DNA of 64,000 nt from Candidatus Poribacteria bacterium (GCA_965116925.1 OZ220744.1:4032001-4096000); one strand, 5' to 3'. Counted from the first letter of the stretch, positions 37,343 to 47,832 are shown. Numbers and translations: made by a program. The notes: a model not told the origin generated them from the sequence alone.

Positions 37343-38386
37343 ATGCACATTTCTGAATTAGATACACCTGCACTCACTGTAGATCTTGATGTTCTTGAAC
37401 GTAATATCTATAATATGGCCTCCCTTTGTCGAGAGATTGACATCAATTTGCGCGTTCACACAAAAACTCACAAGGTCCCGGAGATTGCCGAAATGCAGGT
37501 TGCCGCCGGTTCAAAAGGAATCACCTCCCAAAAACTTGGTGAAGCAGAGGCTATGGTCGATGGCGGTCTTGATGATATCCTGATTCCCTACAATATCGTC
37601 GGCAAGCCGAAACTGCAGCGATTGACACGGTTAGTCAAACGAGCGCAGATTACCGTCGCCCTTGACTCGGAGGTAACCGCTGCAGGAATCTCTGAACAGG
37701 CAGTGACAGATGATTGCACTGTGCGCGTGGTCATTGAACAGGACACAGGGGGAGGCCGGGTCGGTGTGCAATCCCCCCAAGCCACGCTTGAACTCGCCCA
37801 AAAGATAATTAAGATGCCCGGACTTGATTTTCAGGGTATTATGACCTATGGGAGCAATATCCGTGCAAAGCCTTTCATTGATGAAACGGTAGATCTCCTA
37901 AATGGTGCAGGGATCCCCATCAATATCATCAGTGGGGGCGGGACAGGTGCCGAGCAGGCATCAAAGGATATCGGCTGCACGGAGACACGTAGCGGCTCGT
38001 ATGTTTACGAAGGCATGACGCGCATTTCTGGATCGGAGGCACTCAACCCGGACCGATGCGCCCTGCGGATGATTGTGACGGTCGTGAGCACCCCAACCGC
38101 AGATCGAATCATCGTTGACGGTGGCGCCAAGACGTTCACCAGCTATCCGCCCACGCCCTATGGCCACATCGTCGGACATCCAGATGTCAAGATATATGGG
38201 ATGTCTGTCGAACACGGACATCTTGATGTGAGTGAATCGCAGCAGAAATTCCGCGTTGGCGATCAGTTGGCTGTTATTCCCCTGCATCAAGGGATGACAA
38301 GCAATCTGCACGATGAGTTGGTCGCAGTGAGAAATGAGCAGGTGGAAACTGTTTGGAAAATCGCTGGGCGCGGCAAAGTCAAATAG
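37343..38386 (+). CDS. D-threonine aldolase / D-serine dehydratase-like PLP enzyme (alanine racemase fold)
   Basis: LDTPAL, RVHTKTHK (PLP Lys), SGGGT, ETRSGSY, VDGGAK, SVEHG. Confidence 0.9.
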   Translation: MHISELDTPALTVDLDVLERNIYNMASLCREIDINLRVHTKTHKVPEIAEMQVAAGSKGITSQKLGEAEAMVDGGLDDILIPYNIVGKPKLQRLTRLVKRAQITVALDSEVTAAGISEQAVTDDCTVRVVIEQDTGGGRVGVQSPQATLELAQKIIKMPGLDFQGIMTYGSNIRAKPFIDETVDLLNGAGIPINIISGGGTGAEQASKDIGCTETRSGSYVYEGMTRISGSEALNPDRCALRMIVTVVSTPTADRIIVDGGAKTFTSYPPTPYGHIVGHPDVKIYGMSVEHGHLDVSESQQKFRVGDQLAVIPLHQGMTSNLHDELVAVRNEQVETVWKIAGRGKVK

Positions 38387-38408
38387 CTCCAGCAAACCAA
38401 GTCGAGTT

Positions 38409-39158
38409 TCATAGACCGTAAATTGCCTTCAGATTTCCACCGAGGATGCTTGCAGCTTCCTCGTCGGTAAACCCGATATTTCGGATACCGTTGACGCCAT
38501 TTACAGCGTCTCCGCTAGGCGAGTTAGATCCGAAAACGATGCGATCTGCGCCAATCCGTCCGCCACGTGCAATGCCCTTGATGGTAATCGGTTCAGCAGC
38601 GGCAATAAGGGTTGTACCGAGATAAATATTGGAATTCTCAACTGCGGCTTGTACAGCCAATTGCGTCCACTCACGATAGCCCATGTGGTCCATAATGATT
38701 GTCACATCTGGGTGGCGTTTCGCAAGTGTTCCAATAAACTCTGGTGAGCATCCGCTCATCGGTGAGCCGGAGTGGATGGTAGCCGGAATGCTAAGTGCTT
38801 TGGCAAGTTCCATGACGGGATCAACACAGGGTGCGTCAAGACGATACCGATGTGCTGCTGCCATCAGTTTGACTGTCCGAGCACCTGCATCAACGGATCG
38901 TTTTAAGTCATCGCAAGCAGCGGAACCCATTGTGGGATTAATCAGGCAGCCCGGAACGATACGCGGTTCGCCTTTCGTTTCTTCGAGCAGATGAGCGTTG
39001 ATTTCTGCTGGATTGGGTGGCAATCCGCCGGGAAATACGACACAGACATCAATACCTGCCTTATCGGCAACGGCTATCAGCCCCGTCTTACCGTAAGGTT
39101 TGTCGTTAAAGTCAGCGGGCATATAAGCTTCAAAATCCGCAACAAATTGTGCAGCCAT
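38409..39158 (-). CDS. Amidohydrolase_2-like protein with atypical metal motifs
   Basis: IHSG, IIMDHMG, RIVFGSN, ILGGN. Confidence 0.8.
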   Translation of the reverse strand: MAAQFVADFEAYMPADFNDKPYGKTGLIAVADKAGIDVCVVFPGGLPPNPAEINAHLLEETKGEPRIVPGCLINPTMGSAACDDLKRSVDAGARTVKLMAAAHRYRLDAPCVDPVMELAKALSIPATIHSGSPMSGCSPEFIGTLAKRHPDVTIIMDHMGYREWTQLAVQAAVENSNIYLGTTLIAAAEPITIKGIARGGRIGADRIVFGSNSPSGDAVNGVNGIRNIGFTDEEAASILGGNLKAIYGL

Positions 39159-39230
39159 AAAGTTCTCCTTATCTTAACATAAGCGCGAAAAGATTGATAG
39201 AGTGGAAAAACGTTTCCCATATCCGAAGTA

Positions 39231-39659
39231 TCATCTCTGCACCAGTTCAATCAGAATACCATCAGGGTCTCTTGCACAGACTACACCGCCGGCATCCGGA
39301 GCCCCGACCGGATCAGACAAAAACTCCACCCCTTTCTGTTTTAATCTTTCGACGGTTCCCCACACGTCCTCGACGAAGAAGGTGAGCCAGCGCACACCTG
39401 CTGAGAAATCGTAGGAGGGTGTTGACGGCGGCGATTCGATGCTCATCAATTTAATGAGCGTTTGTCCAGCTTGCAGGCGAACTTGGCGAAATCCACGCGG
39501 TGCCAATCCTGCCCCTTTCGCAACATCTTCAGGTATCTGAATATCCAGAACAACCTCCAAACCTAGACATTCGTGGTAGAAGCGCAGCGACTCCTCAAAG
39601 TTACTGCACGTAATAGCAATGTCAACGATGGGATGGGTTAATTGTAACATAGCAATCAA
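39231..39659 (-). CDS. VOC/glyoxalase family protein
   Basis: SLRFYHECLGL, LTFFVEDV, RDPDGILIELV. Confidence 0.9.
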   Translation of the reverse strand: MIAMLQLTHPIVDIAITCSNFEESLRFYHECLGLEVVLDIQIPEDVAKGAGLAPRGFRQVRLQAGQTLIKLMSIESPPSTPSYDFSAGVRWLTFFVEDVWGTVERLKQKGVEFLSDPVGAPDAGGVVCARDPDGILIELVQR

Positions 39660-39922
39660 TCTCTCCTTTTTGGTGGCATTCTCTTTTTATCTGAGCGGTA
39701 GTGAGATTATATCATGACAGCCTCATACCGTCGAGAGAAAAACATGTAATTGAGGAGAACCAAAATGACACAAGCCGCCTTGCAGACGCGTTTTGTGTGA
39801 AGCTATCCGATAAATTTTAGAGACTGCGGCAGATATATTCTATCAACCTTGCTGCTTGACGATCTGTCTAGCATGGTGTTATTATTTCTGCAATAGAAGA
39901 TTCAAGGGAGGTTTCTTTATTT

Positions 39923-40321
39923 ATGCATTATCAATCTTATGATGGACTACAAAGCAACGTCCGTGAAATGAAAACGCCGAGCATCGAAACTTGGAAAAAT
40001 GAGTATAGCGATAAAGATTACACCATTGAAGTAACGACTCCGGAATTTACGGCGATTTGTCCCAAAACCGGGTTGCCAGACTTTGGAACAATTCAGATTG
40101 CCTATATCCCCGATGAGCGATGTGTCGAACTCAAATCGTTGAAAGAGTATTTTCTATTTTACCGGGATGTTGGAATATTTCACGAACATGTTGTCAATAA
40201 AATTCTGGTAGATTTTGTTGCGGCATGCAATCCGCGGAGGGTCGAGATCGTTGGAGATTTTCACGTCCGTGGGGGCATTAAGACTGTTATCCGTGCTAAC
40301 TATGAACGGGAGGATGTATAA
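39923..40321 (+). CDS. queF: preQ0 reductase (preQ1 synthase)
   Basis: PEFTAICPKTGLPDF, VELKSLK.Y, FHEH, RGGI. Confidence 0.95.
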   Translation: MHYQSYDGLQSNVREMKTPSIETWKNEYSDKDYTIEVTTPEFTAICPKTGLPDFGTIQIAYIPDERCVELKSLKEYFLFYRDVGIFHEHVVNKILVDFVAACNPRRVEIVGDFHVRGGIKTVIRANYEREDV

Positions 40322-40358
40322 TAAAAAAACTCATGTTAAAAGAAAGTGTAAAACATAC

Positions 40359-40497
40359 TAGGACTTACGCAGTTGAATGGTCAAAGCCTTGTAGTTCGGC
40401 GATTCATCGCCCGTCCCCCCTCTATCCCCTCGCAAGCAGTGGGAGGGAAGAACGCGCAATGAATTGCGCTACTACAAACTGAAGTGCGTAACTCCTA
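40359..40497. mobile_element. MITE, TAGGACTTACGCA TIR family
   Basis: TIR TAGGACTTACGCA/TGCGTAACTCCTA, 5-bp TSD CATAC; near-identical to 59154-59292; sits inside a remnant of the GGCTCATG family starting near 40328. Confidence 0.9.
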
Positions 40498-40570
40498 CAT
40501 ACAAAGCGTAAAACGTGATGCGTAAAACGTAAAAGCACTTTGTTCATTAGTACATTTCCCATCTTTACGC

Positions 40571-41221
40571 CTATCGTGGGCTTATTTCAAAACGATGTAA
40601 CCCGTGCCGGAATACGATAACGTTACCCCCATGAGCTAAAAGCACCTTCATATCATACTGGCTGAACCACCGGATCACCCCTGTGATAATCTCCCCACCT
40701 CTGAGAGTTAAGCGCACCGGAATTTTTGCCTTGCAGCAACGCACAAGCACACGATCGTCAACTTGAAATCGTTCAGATCTGTGAACAATCGAGATCAAAT
40801 TTTGCGCTTTCAACTCCAAATCCACTTCAATATCTTGCACAACTTGAGGCTTTTCATCCCGCTTATACATATACTTGATGTTGAGTTTTTCCAGATGATG
40901 CTCCACTCCATTGACTGATACGACAGCAAGGGAGTAAGTCAATCGGCGGCTGATGATGCCTTCAATATGTTCCCCGTAAAGTTCAAAAACCATCGGTGTT
41001 TTTTTCCGAATCTGCTTTTGAACGTAAGCGCGTCCATGGCTCTCCGCGCGAATCTGAGTCAGCAACTCTGGAGGTAGATGACGGCGTGTTTGTTGTTTAT
41101 GGTGTGAGGACTTACGGTGTCTATCGCGATGTTTATACCGCCGAGGGCTCTGTGAGGAATTCTTTTGTGATTGGGAGGTTAAATCATTCTGCCAAACTGA
41201 AGTTATTGACCGCGCCGCCAA
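40571..41221 (-). CDS. Protein with two tandem Hfq/Sm-like domains and a basic N-terminal tail
   Basis: AKIPVRLTLRGGEIITGVIRWFSQYDMKV...VIVFRHGL aligns by eye with Hfq; an upstream similar unit KKTPMVFELYGEHIEGII..TYSL...LEKLNI. Confidence 0.65.
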   Translation of the reverse strand: MAARSITSVWQNDLTSQSQKNSSQSPRRYKHRDRHRKSSHHKQQTRRHLPPELLTQIRAESHGRAYVQKQIRKKTPMVFELYGEHIEGIISRRLTYSLAVVSVNGVEHHLEKLNIKYMYKRDEKPQVVQDIEVDLELKAQNLISIVHRSERFQVDDRVLVRCCKAKIPVRLTLRGGEIITGVIRWFSQYDMKVLLAHGGNVIVFRHGLHRFEISPR

Positions 41222-41261
41222 TGGATTGCTCTCCTGTTTAGACGTTCTATTTTAGATATAT

Positions 41262-41298
41262 AAAAAAGGCGTTTGGGAAAGATATCCCAAACGCCTTT
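41262..41298 (-). terminator. Intrinsic terminator after the giant TPR gene
   Basis: AAAGGCGTTTGGGA-TATCTT-TCCCAAACGCCTTTTTT on the minus strand. Confidence 0.85.
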
Positions 41299-41338
41299 GC
41301 TGAAATGGAGCTAATGAATCAAAAACATGGGTGGTGTC

Positions 41339-44300
41339 CTATTCGCCGCCACCACCGCCACCGCCGGTACGACGCGGGATGTTTTGATCTCTCATATAAT
41401 TCGTGATTTCAGTAATCTTACTTTGCGAGTATGTCAACGCTCTGTTGACCTGTGTATCGCTGGGTGGAACTTCCGCATATTTACTCCACAGTGCATCAAA
41501 GGAGTCAAGTGCGTCGTTATAATACTCATCATTTTCGACCGCTAACAGCATATACGCTTCACCAATTTGTACCAAAGAGAGATCAGCGTATTTAGTGGTC
41601 GGATATGTTCTGATGATGTCTTGGAACCCAGCGATAGCCTGTTCAACAGCCTCTTTCTGTTGATCTTCAGCTGCGACTCTTGCTCGATCGAAATTAGCAG
41701 TAGCCTGAATATAGACATCTGCTGAGAGAGCCCTGTTCGTATCACGCAGGAAAAGTTCGGCGTTCTCCTTCGATTCCGCATTGATACCGGGCACTGCCAA
41801 TGCCTTCTCATACTGTTCGATAGCCATCGTATAGAAGCGGATACGTTCTGTTTCTTCTACCTCCGGGAGAACACCTTGGTTATAGTAGGTGTTACCGATG
41901 TTGAGAAACGCTTCGGCTGCAAAGGGACTGGTCGGATAGTTCTTTGCGAGAATCTCATTTATCTCAAAGACTTTGTCCAACCACTTCTCTTTCTCTGCTT
42001 CGTCGTCAGTATTTTTTTCCAGCAACGCATAGCAGGTTGAAATAGCGGCAAGAGATTCAGCTGCTTGTGCATGTTGCGGATTGATGCGGCGAACCTTGCT
42101 ATACTCTTCAACAGCTTTCTCGTGCTGTTGGCCTGCAAAGTACGCCTCACCTGCCTGATACTGCCAGAATGGAGCTTCTGCTGCATTAGGGAATCGTCGA
42201 GCGAGATCCTTGAACACACCCGCTGACTGTTCAAAGAACTCAATGGTCTTTTCAGAAAACCCATCGTCGAAACCGAGCTGCATTCGCCCTAGTTCATAAT
42301 AGGTAGGTGCCAAGTAGCCCAATACAGTCTGAATGTTTTTCGCCACATCTGCCTGTGCCGAGGCTGCGAAAATGCCCTTGTCCGCATATTCAACGAATTG
42401 CTTCAGCACTGGAATCGCGCTATTGAGATCATCAGGAAGTTTGATCCCTGTGCCGAGCGAATAGTAAATTTGCCCGGCGGTAAAGAGCGCGTTCTGAACA
42501 AATGGACTTATGGTGTTATCGACCTTATCGACTGGTGCTATATTAGCGGCTTTAACATAGGCGGTTGCGGCATTCCGACTCGCATCAATATATGGCTGTA
42601 AGTCGGTTCCAGGTTTATCTGAGAAGAGTTTCCGCGCTTCACCAAAGTACAGCAAACCAAGATTATATTGTGCGGAGACTTTCTGTGGAACCGTTTGCGC
42701 CGCCTCACGTGCAGCGACTGCTTGAGCGATTGCATCGTCCACACGCCCCAATTTTAGGTAGAGGTCGGACCGACGAATGCCCCCGTCTGCTGCCATGGAT
42801 TGGATGCTGGTATTAGATTCAGCACCGAATTGGCTAATCAAGGTTTCGTATGCTTTCAGCGCATTCTCAGGATCATTCAGTTTTTCTTGATAAATCAGAC
42901 CCATTCGATAGTACGCTTGTGCCCTGATGAGCGTATCTTTAGAAAGCTGAATCGCATTTTGATAGTTGAGGAGCGAATCATCATACTGATTGAGATGTTC
43001 GTCTTGGGCATACGCTATGGAGAAATAGGAGCGTCCCTTCTGATCATCATCGTCAGTATGCTGAATCACATACTGATATTCTCGCACGGCTGCCGCATGG
43101 TCGCCGACAGCGGTATTCAAATCTGCGAGACGGGTATGTGCTTGACGAATTAGATCTTGCCGGGGTTTGTCCTCTGTTTGCCCTTCATATGAGGTAGTCT
43201 GACGAAACGCTGCAATTGCTCCCTTGCTATCATTCAGTGCATGCTTGGCTAGTCCTATGGTGTAATAGGCACTGATTGACGCATCCACATCGGGGTTTCT
43301 GTCAGTAACTTGTGTTGCGGTACTTATAGCATTCTGGAATGCAAGCTGTTGGGCTCCTTCGTCTGTGCTGTTTTGACCGATTTGATAGTAGCAAACAGAC
43401 GCCTGATATAGCGCGTTCGTCACGAGCTCGCTATTGGGGAACATCTGAACAAATGCTTGGTATTCAGCAAGTGCTTTTTCATGCGCCCCGTCACCATAAT
43501 AGAGGTGCCCGATTTTCAACTGCGCTCGTGAACGAGAATCTTCTGGTGCACCGGTATTCTGAGCAATTCGCCTCAAACTCGCAATGAGTTCAGCTTTCTC
43601 TTCTTCAGAATCGATGCCCTGTTTTTCGATGGCGGTTGCTTTGACCAAATCTATATGCCCCAACGTCTTTTGGACTGTGGTGTTATCGCTACTGCCATGC
43701 TGTGCGTAAGCAGTATCGGCAACTTCCAGCACTTTTGGCCATACGCTTGTATTTCCAGCCAGTGCCATGTCACGATAAGCAAGTGCTAAACCGTAATATG
43801 ACTCAACAGCATTCGGACTGTCCGGATAATCCGCAATCGATTTCTCGAAGGCGGCAACAGATTTGTCCAAGAGAGCTGCGTCATCGGCTGCGGCTTTCGC
43901 TGCTTTATAGTAACAAAGTCCGACAAGATACTGTGCATCGTCGGCATATTCACCAGTTGGGTTACCTGCGACGACATTTTCATACTCAGCCGCTGCTTCA
44001 GCATATCGTTCTTCAGAGCGCAGCAGGTCTGCCAACTTAATTTCTGCGAGCGAACGATTGTCTGTATTCAAAGCATCCATTATCGCCTGATAGTGCGCCA
44101 CGGCTTCGCTGTTCTTGCCTTCCTTGACAAGACTTTGTGCAATTAGCAGCTGTGCACGTTGATAGTTATCGCTTTCGGGGAGAATCGCTGTGTAGAGCTC
44201 ACGAGCCTTACCCCATGCATTCAGTTTTTCGTGGGAAAGGGCTTGATTCATAACACATGCCTCGACCTGCATTGGGCGTTGCGGGAAATCGTCATAGCGT

Positions 44301-46039
44301 CCCTGCTCGACACCGGCGAGGAAGGTGCCACTTTCTCCTCCCTGAATCTCTGGTCCCTTGAATTTTTCTATTGCTTGCTGATAAGCATTTACAGCATTCT
44401 GGAGTAGTGCTTCATTAAAGACAGCGTCCGGATCGCCTTCACGATAACCTTCCGGTTTAGATGCTTCGTAGTATGAACGCGCTTCCTGAAATTTTCCGAT
44501 CAATTTAATCAAGTGAAACTTCGGAAAGTCGCGATACTCCCACAATTTAGCGTATTCCGCGGCTGCATCCTCATACTGCTTGAAATCATTAAATTTGAGA
44601 TCTGCAAACTTTAATTGCACTTCAGCAGCAAGAAGGTCAAGCTCATTATCCATGCGGTTTTTATCAATAAATTCCCGCGCAACAGCCTCAAGTTCATCCT
44701 TCCGCCCGAGCGCGTTCAACGCCCAGATAGCACCATAGAGTGCATGAGATGCGACCGGATCTGCCGGGAAGTCATCAACCGCTTTCTGATACCACATAAG
44801 TGCTGTTTCATAAGAGGCATTTGCTGAATCTGTTTCACCAGCATCTTTTAGGTCAGAAGCTAGCTTATAGTTTGATTCTCCCATCTGGTATGTGAGATAA
44901 GGGGCAAAATCGGTCTCTTCCGGGTGCTCGTCCAGCACACGTTGGTACGCCACAGCAGCTTCTGCCCAAACTGACGACTTGAAGTAGCTATCGGCAATAC
45001 CCAGCTTCGCTTCACTAATAAAATCGCATTCCGGATACTCTTCAAGCAGGGTATTGTACGATTCCACTGCGTTGGTGTAATCTTGCTGCTCGTAGTAGGT
45101 ACGACCAATCGTTACCTGAATTTCAGCTTGCAGATCTCGATCGTCGGTATTCTGCAAGGCAAGTTCATAGTTGACTCGCGCATTGTCATAGTCTTTCTGT
45201 TTTGAATAAATCGCGCCTATGTCAAAGTAGGCAGCGGTTACATAACCACTTGTTGGGTGTTCGGTGATAAATTGGGTATATCTACCAATTGCCTCTTCAT
45301 CACGGGCGAGTTGATTCAAACAGAAAGCGGCTTTATACATCGCCTCCGCTTGCAGGTCTGCGAAGGTTTTAAATTCTTCGGTGGCGAGCTTATCAAATTC
45401 TGGGTACGCCTGCTCGTAATTCTTTTCGTTTAGGAAAGACTGTGCAATTAGGTGTTGTGCATCATCTTTGAACTCTGAGTTTGGGAATCCGTCTAGCACC
45501 TCTTTATACGCTCGGCGTGCTGAGTCATACTTTTGCAGTTTATAATTGAGCTGCCCAATTGCATACCAAGCATTTTCGACGAATAGACTATTGGGGAAGT
45601 TTTCAATCAATGTGTGAAACTTCGGTTCGGCGAGTTCAAATTTTTCTTGTTTGTAAAGGACGTGTCCCCATAGGTAGGTTAACCCCTCCTGATGTTTCGG
45701 CACAGTGGCATTTGGTGCAACCTTTTCAATCTGCTCGATTGCATTGTCATAGTAGGTAATATCGCCACTCTGCTCCGCCCATTTAGAATAGTTAACGGCA
45801 ATTTTGTAATTTGCAAGGGTTTGGAAGTCTTTGTCAATAACCTCGGTCTTGACCCCCCATTTAACAGATTCTTCAAGGGCTTGATTGTATTTTTCAATTG
45901 ACCCTTCGTAATCATTTTGACTGTAGAGTTGTTCTGCTTCGTTATAGAGTCGTTCAACTTTTTTAGAACTACCTGCCGGCCAAAACAGAACGACAGCTAA
46001 AGCGACTCCGGCGAGGGCACCTAAAAGTTTCGGATTCAT
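41339..46039 (-). CDS. 1566-aa membrane-anchored TPR protein (BamD/CpoB-like repeats)
   Basis: N-terminal TM helix; many A.Y..G..Y and FP.S repeats; AAGGAG RBS; C-terminal GGGGGGE. Confidence 0.9.
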   Translation of the reverse strand: MNPKLLGALAGVALAVVLFWPAGSSKKVERLYNEAEQLYSQNDYEGSIEKYNQALEESVKWGVKTEVIDKDFQTLANYKIAVNYSKWAEQSGDITYYDNAIEQIEKVAPNATVPKHQEGLTYLWGHVLYKQEKFELAEPKFHTLIENFPNSLFVENAWYAIGQLNYKLQKYDSARRAYKEVLDGFPNSEFKDDAQHLIAQSFLNEKNYEQAYPEFDKLATEEFKTFADLQAEAMYKAAFCLNQLARDEEAIGRYTQFITEHPTSGYVTAAYFDIGAIYSKQKDYDNARVNYELALQNTDDRDLQAEIQVTIGRTYYEQQDYTNAVESYNTLLEEYPECDFISEAKLGIADSYFKSSVWAEAAVAYQRVLDEHPEETDFAPYLTYQMGESNYKLASDLKDAGETDSANASYETALMWYQKAVDDFPADPVASHALYGAIWALNALGRKDELEAVAREFIDKNRMDNELDLLAAEVQLKFADLKFNDFKQYEDAAAEYAKLWEYRDFPKFHLIKLIGKFQEARSYYEASKPEGYREGDPDAVFNEALLQNAVNAYQQAIEKFKGPEIQGGESGTFLAGVEQGRYDDFPQRPMQVEACVMNQALSHEKLNAWGKARELYTAILPESDNYQRAQLLIAQSLVKEGKNSEAVAHYQAIMDALNTDNRSLAEIKLADLLRSEERYAEAAAEYENVVAGNPTGEYADDAQYLVGLCYYKAAKAAADDAALLDKSVAAFEKSIADYPDSPNAVESYYGLALAYRDMALAGNTSVWPKVLEVADTAYAQHGSSDNTTVQKTLGHIDLVKATAIEKQGIDSEEEKAELIASLRRIAQNTGAPEDSRSRAQLKIGHLYYGDGAHEKALAEYQAFVQMFPNSELVTNALYQASVCYYQIGQNSTDEGAQQLAFQNAISTATQVTDRNPDVDASISAYYTIGLAKHALNDSKGAIAAFRQTTSYEGQTEDKPRQDLIRQAHTRLADLNTAVGDHAAAVREYQYVIQHTDDDDQKGRSYFSIAYAQDEHLNQYDDSLLNYQNAIQLSKDTLIRAQAYYRMGLIYQEKLNDPENALKAYETLISQFGAESNTSIQSMAADGGIRRSDLYLKLGRVDDAIAQAVAAREAAQTVPQKVSAQYNLGLLYFGEARKLFSDKPGTDLQPYIDASRNAATAYVKAANIAPVDKVDNTISPFVQNALFTAGQIYYSLGTGIKLPDDLNSAIPVLKQFVEYADKGIFAASAQADVAKNIQTVLGYLAPTYYELGRMQLGFDDGFSEKTIEFFEQSAGVFKDLARRFPNAAEAPFWQYQAGEAYFAGQQHEKAVEEYSKVRRINPQHAQAAESLAAISTCYALLEKNTDDEAEKEKWLDKVFEINEILAKNYPTSPFAAEAFLNIGNTYYNQGVLPEVEETERIRFYTMAIEQYEKALAVPGINAESKENAELFLRDTNRALSADVYIQATANFDRARVAAEDQQKEAVEQAIAGFQDIIRTYPTTKYADLSLVQIGEAYMLLAVENDEYYNDALDSFDALWSKYAEVPPSDTQVNRALTYSQSKITEITNYMRDQNIPRRTGGGGGGGE

Positions 46040-46145
46040 TAGATCTCCTTTCGGATCATAGTTAGAGGGGGTTGTTAACTTAAAATATTCCCCTCACCCC
46101 AATGGGGTTTCAAGCTAGGGAACGCAGATCTGCGTTTTGCATGAG

Positions 46146-46190
46146 AAATCGTAGCATATTTTCGTAAACAGCACAAGTTTTTTGTTGAAA
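46146..46190 (-). promoter_or_regulatory. Probable promoter, duplicated at 50830-50874
   Basis: Minus strand TTGTGC-17 nt-TACGAT with extended -10 TG; 41 of 45 nt identical to 50830-50874. Confidence 0.6.
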
Positions 46191-46218
46191 TTTAGATGGA
46201 AGTTGGGGTTCTGTCTAT

Positions 46219-47169
46219 CTAAAGTTTGACAGAATCATAAACTTCCGTAATTGAGAAGCTCGGTAATGGTACATTCATCAACATCTCAACAACACCATTT
46301 AGTGAGCGATTGTCACTCCAACCAATTTCCGCTGAAGTAGGAATAGCCACAACCCCCAAGGGCTGTGAAAAATCTTCTTTCGCGGCAATCGGTTCAGGGC
46401 TTGATAACTGAGCAACCGTCATTAGGTCGGGGGAAGCATCATCAATCGCCATTGCTTTGAACGTATCACTATCGTTAATGAAATTACTGTCGCTAACGGG
46501 GTCTGGTTGGTAGCCCTCCCATCTTGACAATTCTGCGAGTGATTCAATAACCTCAATCTCCTTATCGATACTTTGTCCGCTCTGAACAACATTTTCAGAA
46601 AGTGTCTGTGTCGTTGCAACAAGCCGTTCTCGGTTGCTGATTAATTCTCGATTTTCACCCTCCTTCGGAGGAGAGGTTGGCTGGACTTTTACAACCTGCG
46701 ACAAGTTTACAGTGTGAGAACGATCTTGTTCTTGGGGTTGGAAGGCTTGATATGCAGACAGACCGATAAGAATGACGAGTAGCATCCACGCATAAGCAGG
46801 AGACTGTTTAACCCAACTTATAGGCAAACTAATTAGCTTGCTGAAAGAACTAGTAGATTGATGTAGAAACTGTTGAAATCTCCAAGCCGTTGTTTGGGCA
46901 AACGCGGTAATGCCCCACCATATAGGACGAGGTTGCTTTTCAATCAGCCGCTGCAACTGCTCCCCAAATTGATCGTAATACCCCTCCGGGGGTTGTGGAG
47001 GGAGATGCACACGAAGCAGTGCCTCTATCCGTCGCAAAGATTTCAATTCGAGTTGGCAATCCCGACAAAATCGTAGATGTTGCGCCACGATGATGGTTTG
47101 CCGAGCTGAAAGTGTATAGTCTATATAATCAGACAAACACCGTTGAATTGAGCGGCATTGAGGTTTCAT
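46219..47169 (-). CDS. zf-HC2 anti-sigma factor with TM helix
   Basis: LSDYID...HLRFCRDC; downstream of an ECF sigma. Confidence 0.85.
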   Translation of the reverse strand: MKPQCRSIQRCLSDYIDYTLSARQTIIVAQHLRFCRDCQLELKSLRRIEALLRVHLPPQPPEGYYDQFGEQLQRLIEKQPRPIWWGITAFAQTTAWRFQQFLHQSTSSFSKLISLPISWVKQSPAYAWMLLVILIGLSAYQAFQPQEQDRSHTVNLSQVVKVQPTSPPKEGENRELISNRERLVATTQTLSENVVQSGQSIDKEIEVIESLAELSRWEGYQPDPVSDSNFINDSDTFKAMAIDDASPDLMTVAQLSSPEPIAAKEDFSQPLGVVAIPTSAEIGWSDNRSLNGVVEMLMNVPLPSFSITEVYDSVKL

Positions 47170-47226
47170 GTTTTCCTCGCTATGTTTCGGGCTAAGTCGT
47201 GCAACAACTTGGGTACATTTGCGGGT

Positions 47227-47832
47227 TCAACCGTTTTTTGTTGTTGGAGGAGAGTCTGTTGCGTCCACATAAGGCTTCAACAAATCTTTCAATTTATGCC
47301 TAGCGTAATGCAGCCGGGAACGCACTGTTCCCTCGGAGCAGTTGAGAATCGAAGCAATTTCTGGATGTGTTAAGCCTTCAAACTCGTGGAGAATAACGAC
47401 GGTTCTTTGTTTGAGTGGCAAACTATTTACCGCTTGGGTGACCCATCTTTGCCGCTCTTTTCTTTCAAGGTTCAGGTGAGGATTATTTGCTAGATCTGTG
47501 GCTCGCCTCAGCTCCGGATGAATCTCCATCTCACTAGTGCTTGAAAGTGGGGATTCACGACGGCGCTCCCGACGCTTGACGAGATTCGTAGCATGGTTGA
47601 CAACAATGCGATAAAGCCATGTTTCAAAAGCAGCCTCCTTGCGAAAGCTGTGAATAGACTCATACACTTTCAGAAACGTATCTTGCATGACATCATTTGC
47701 GTCTTCATGGTTTTTTGTAATCTGAACAGCGACTCGATAAACGAGCCGCTTGTACTTTTCAACCAGAATCGCTAATGCGGTCATATCTCCTTCACGGAGT
47801 TCATCAATAAGCAACGTTTCGATTCGTTCCAC
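47227..47832 (-). CDS. ECF sigma-70 factor
   Basis: ANDVMQDTF, FETWLYRIVVN, EIASILNCSEGTVRSRLHYAR. Confidence 0.95.
   Translation of the reverse strand: MERIETLLIDELREGDMTALAILVEKYKRLVYRVAVQITKNHEDANDVMQDTFLKVYESIHSFRKEAAFETWLYRIVVNHATNLVKRRERRRESPLSSTSEMEIHPELRRATDLANNPHLNLERKERQRWVTQAVNSLPLKQRTVVILHEFEGLTHPEIASILNCSEGTVRSRLHYARHKLKDLLKPYVDATDSPPTTKNG

Noticed and set aside
39700..39922. preQ1 riboswitch upstream of queF
   Set aside because: No recognisable preQ1 stem-loop with an A-rich 3' tail
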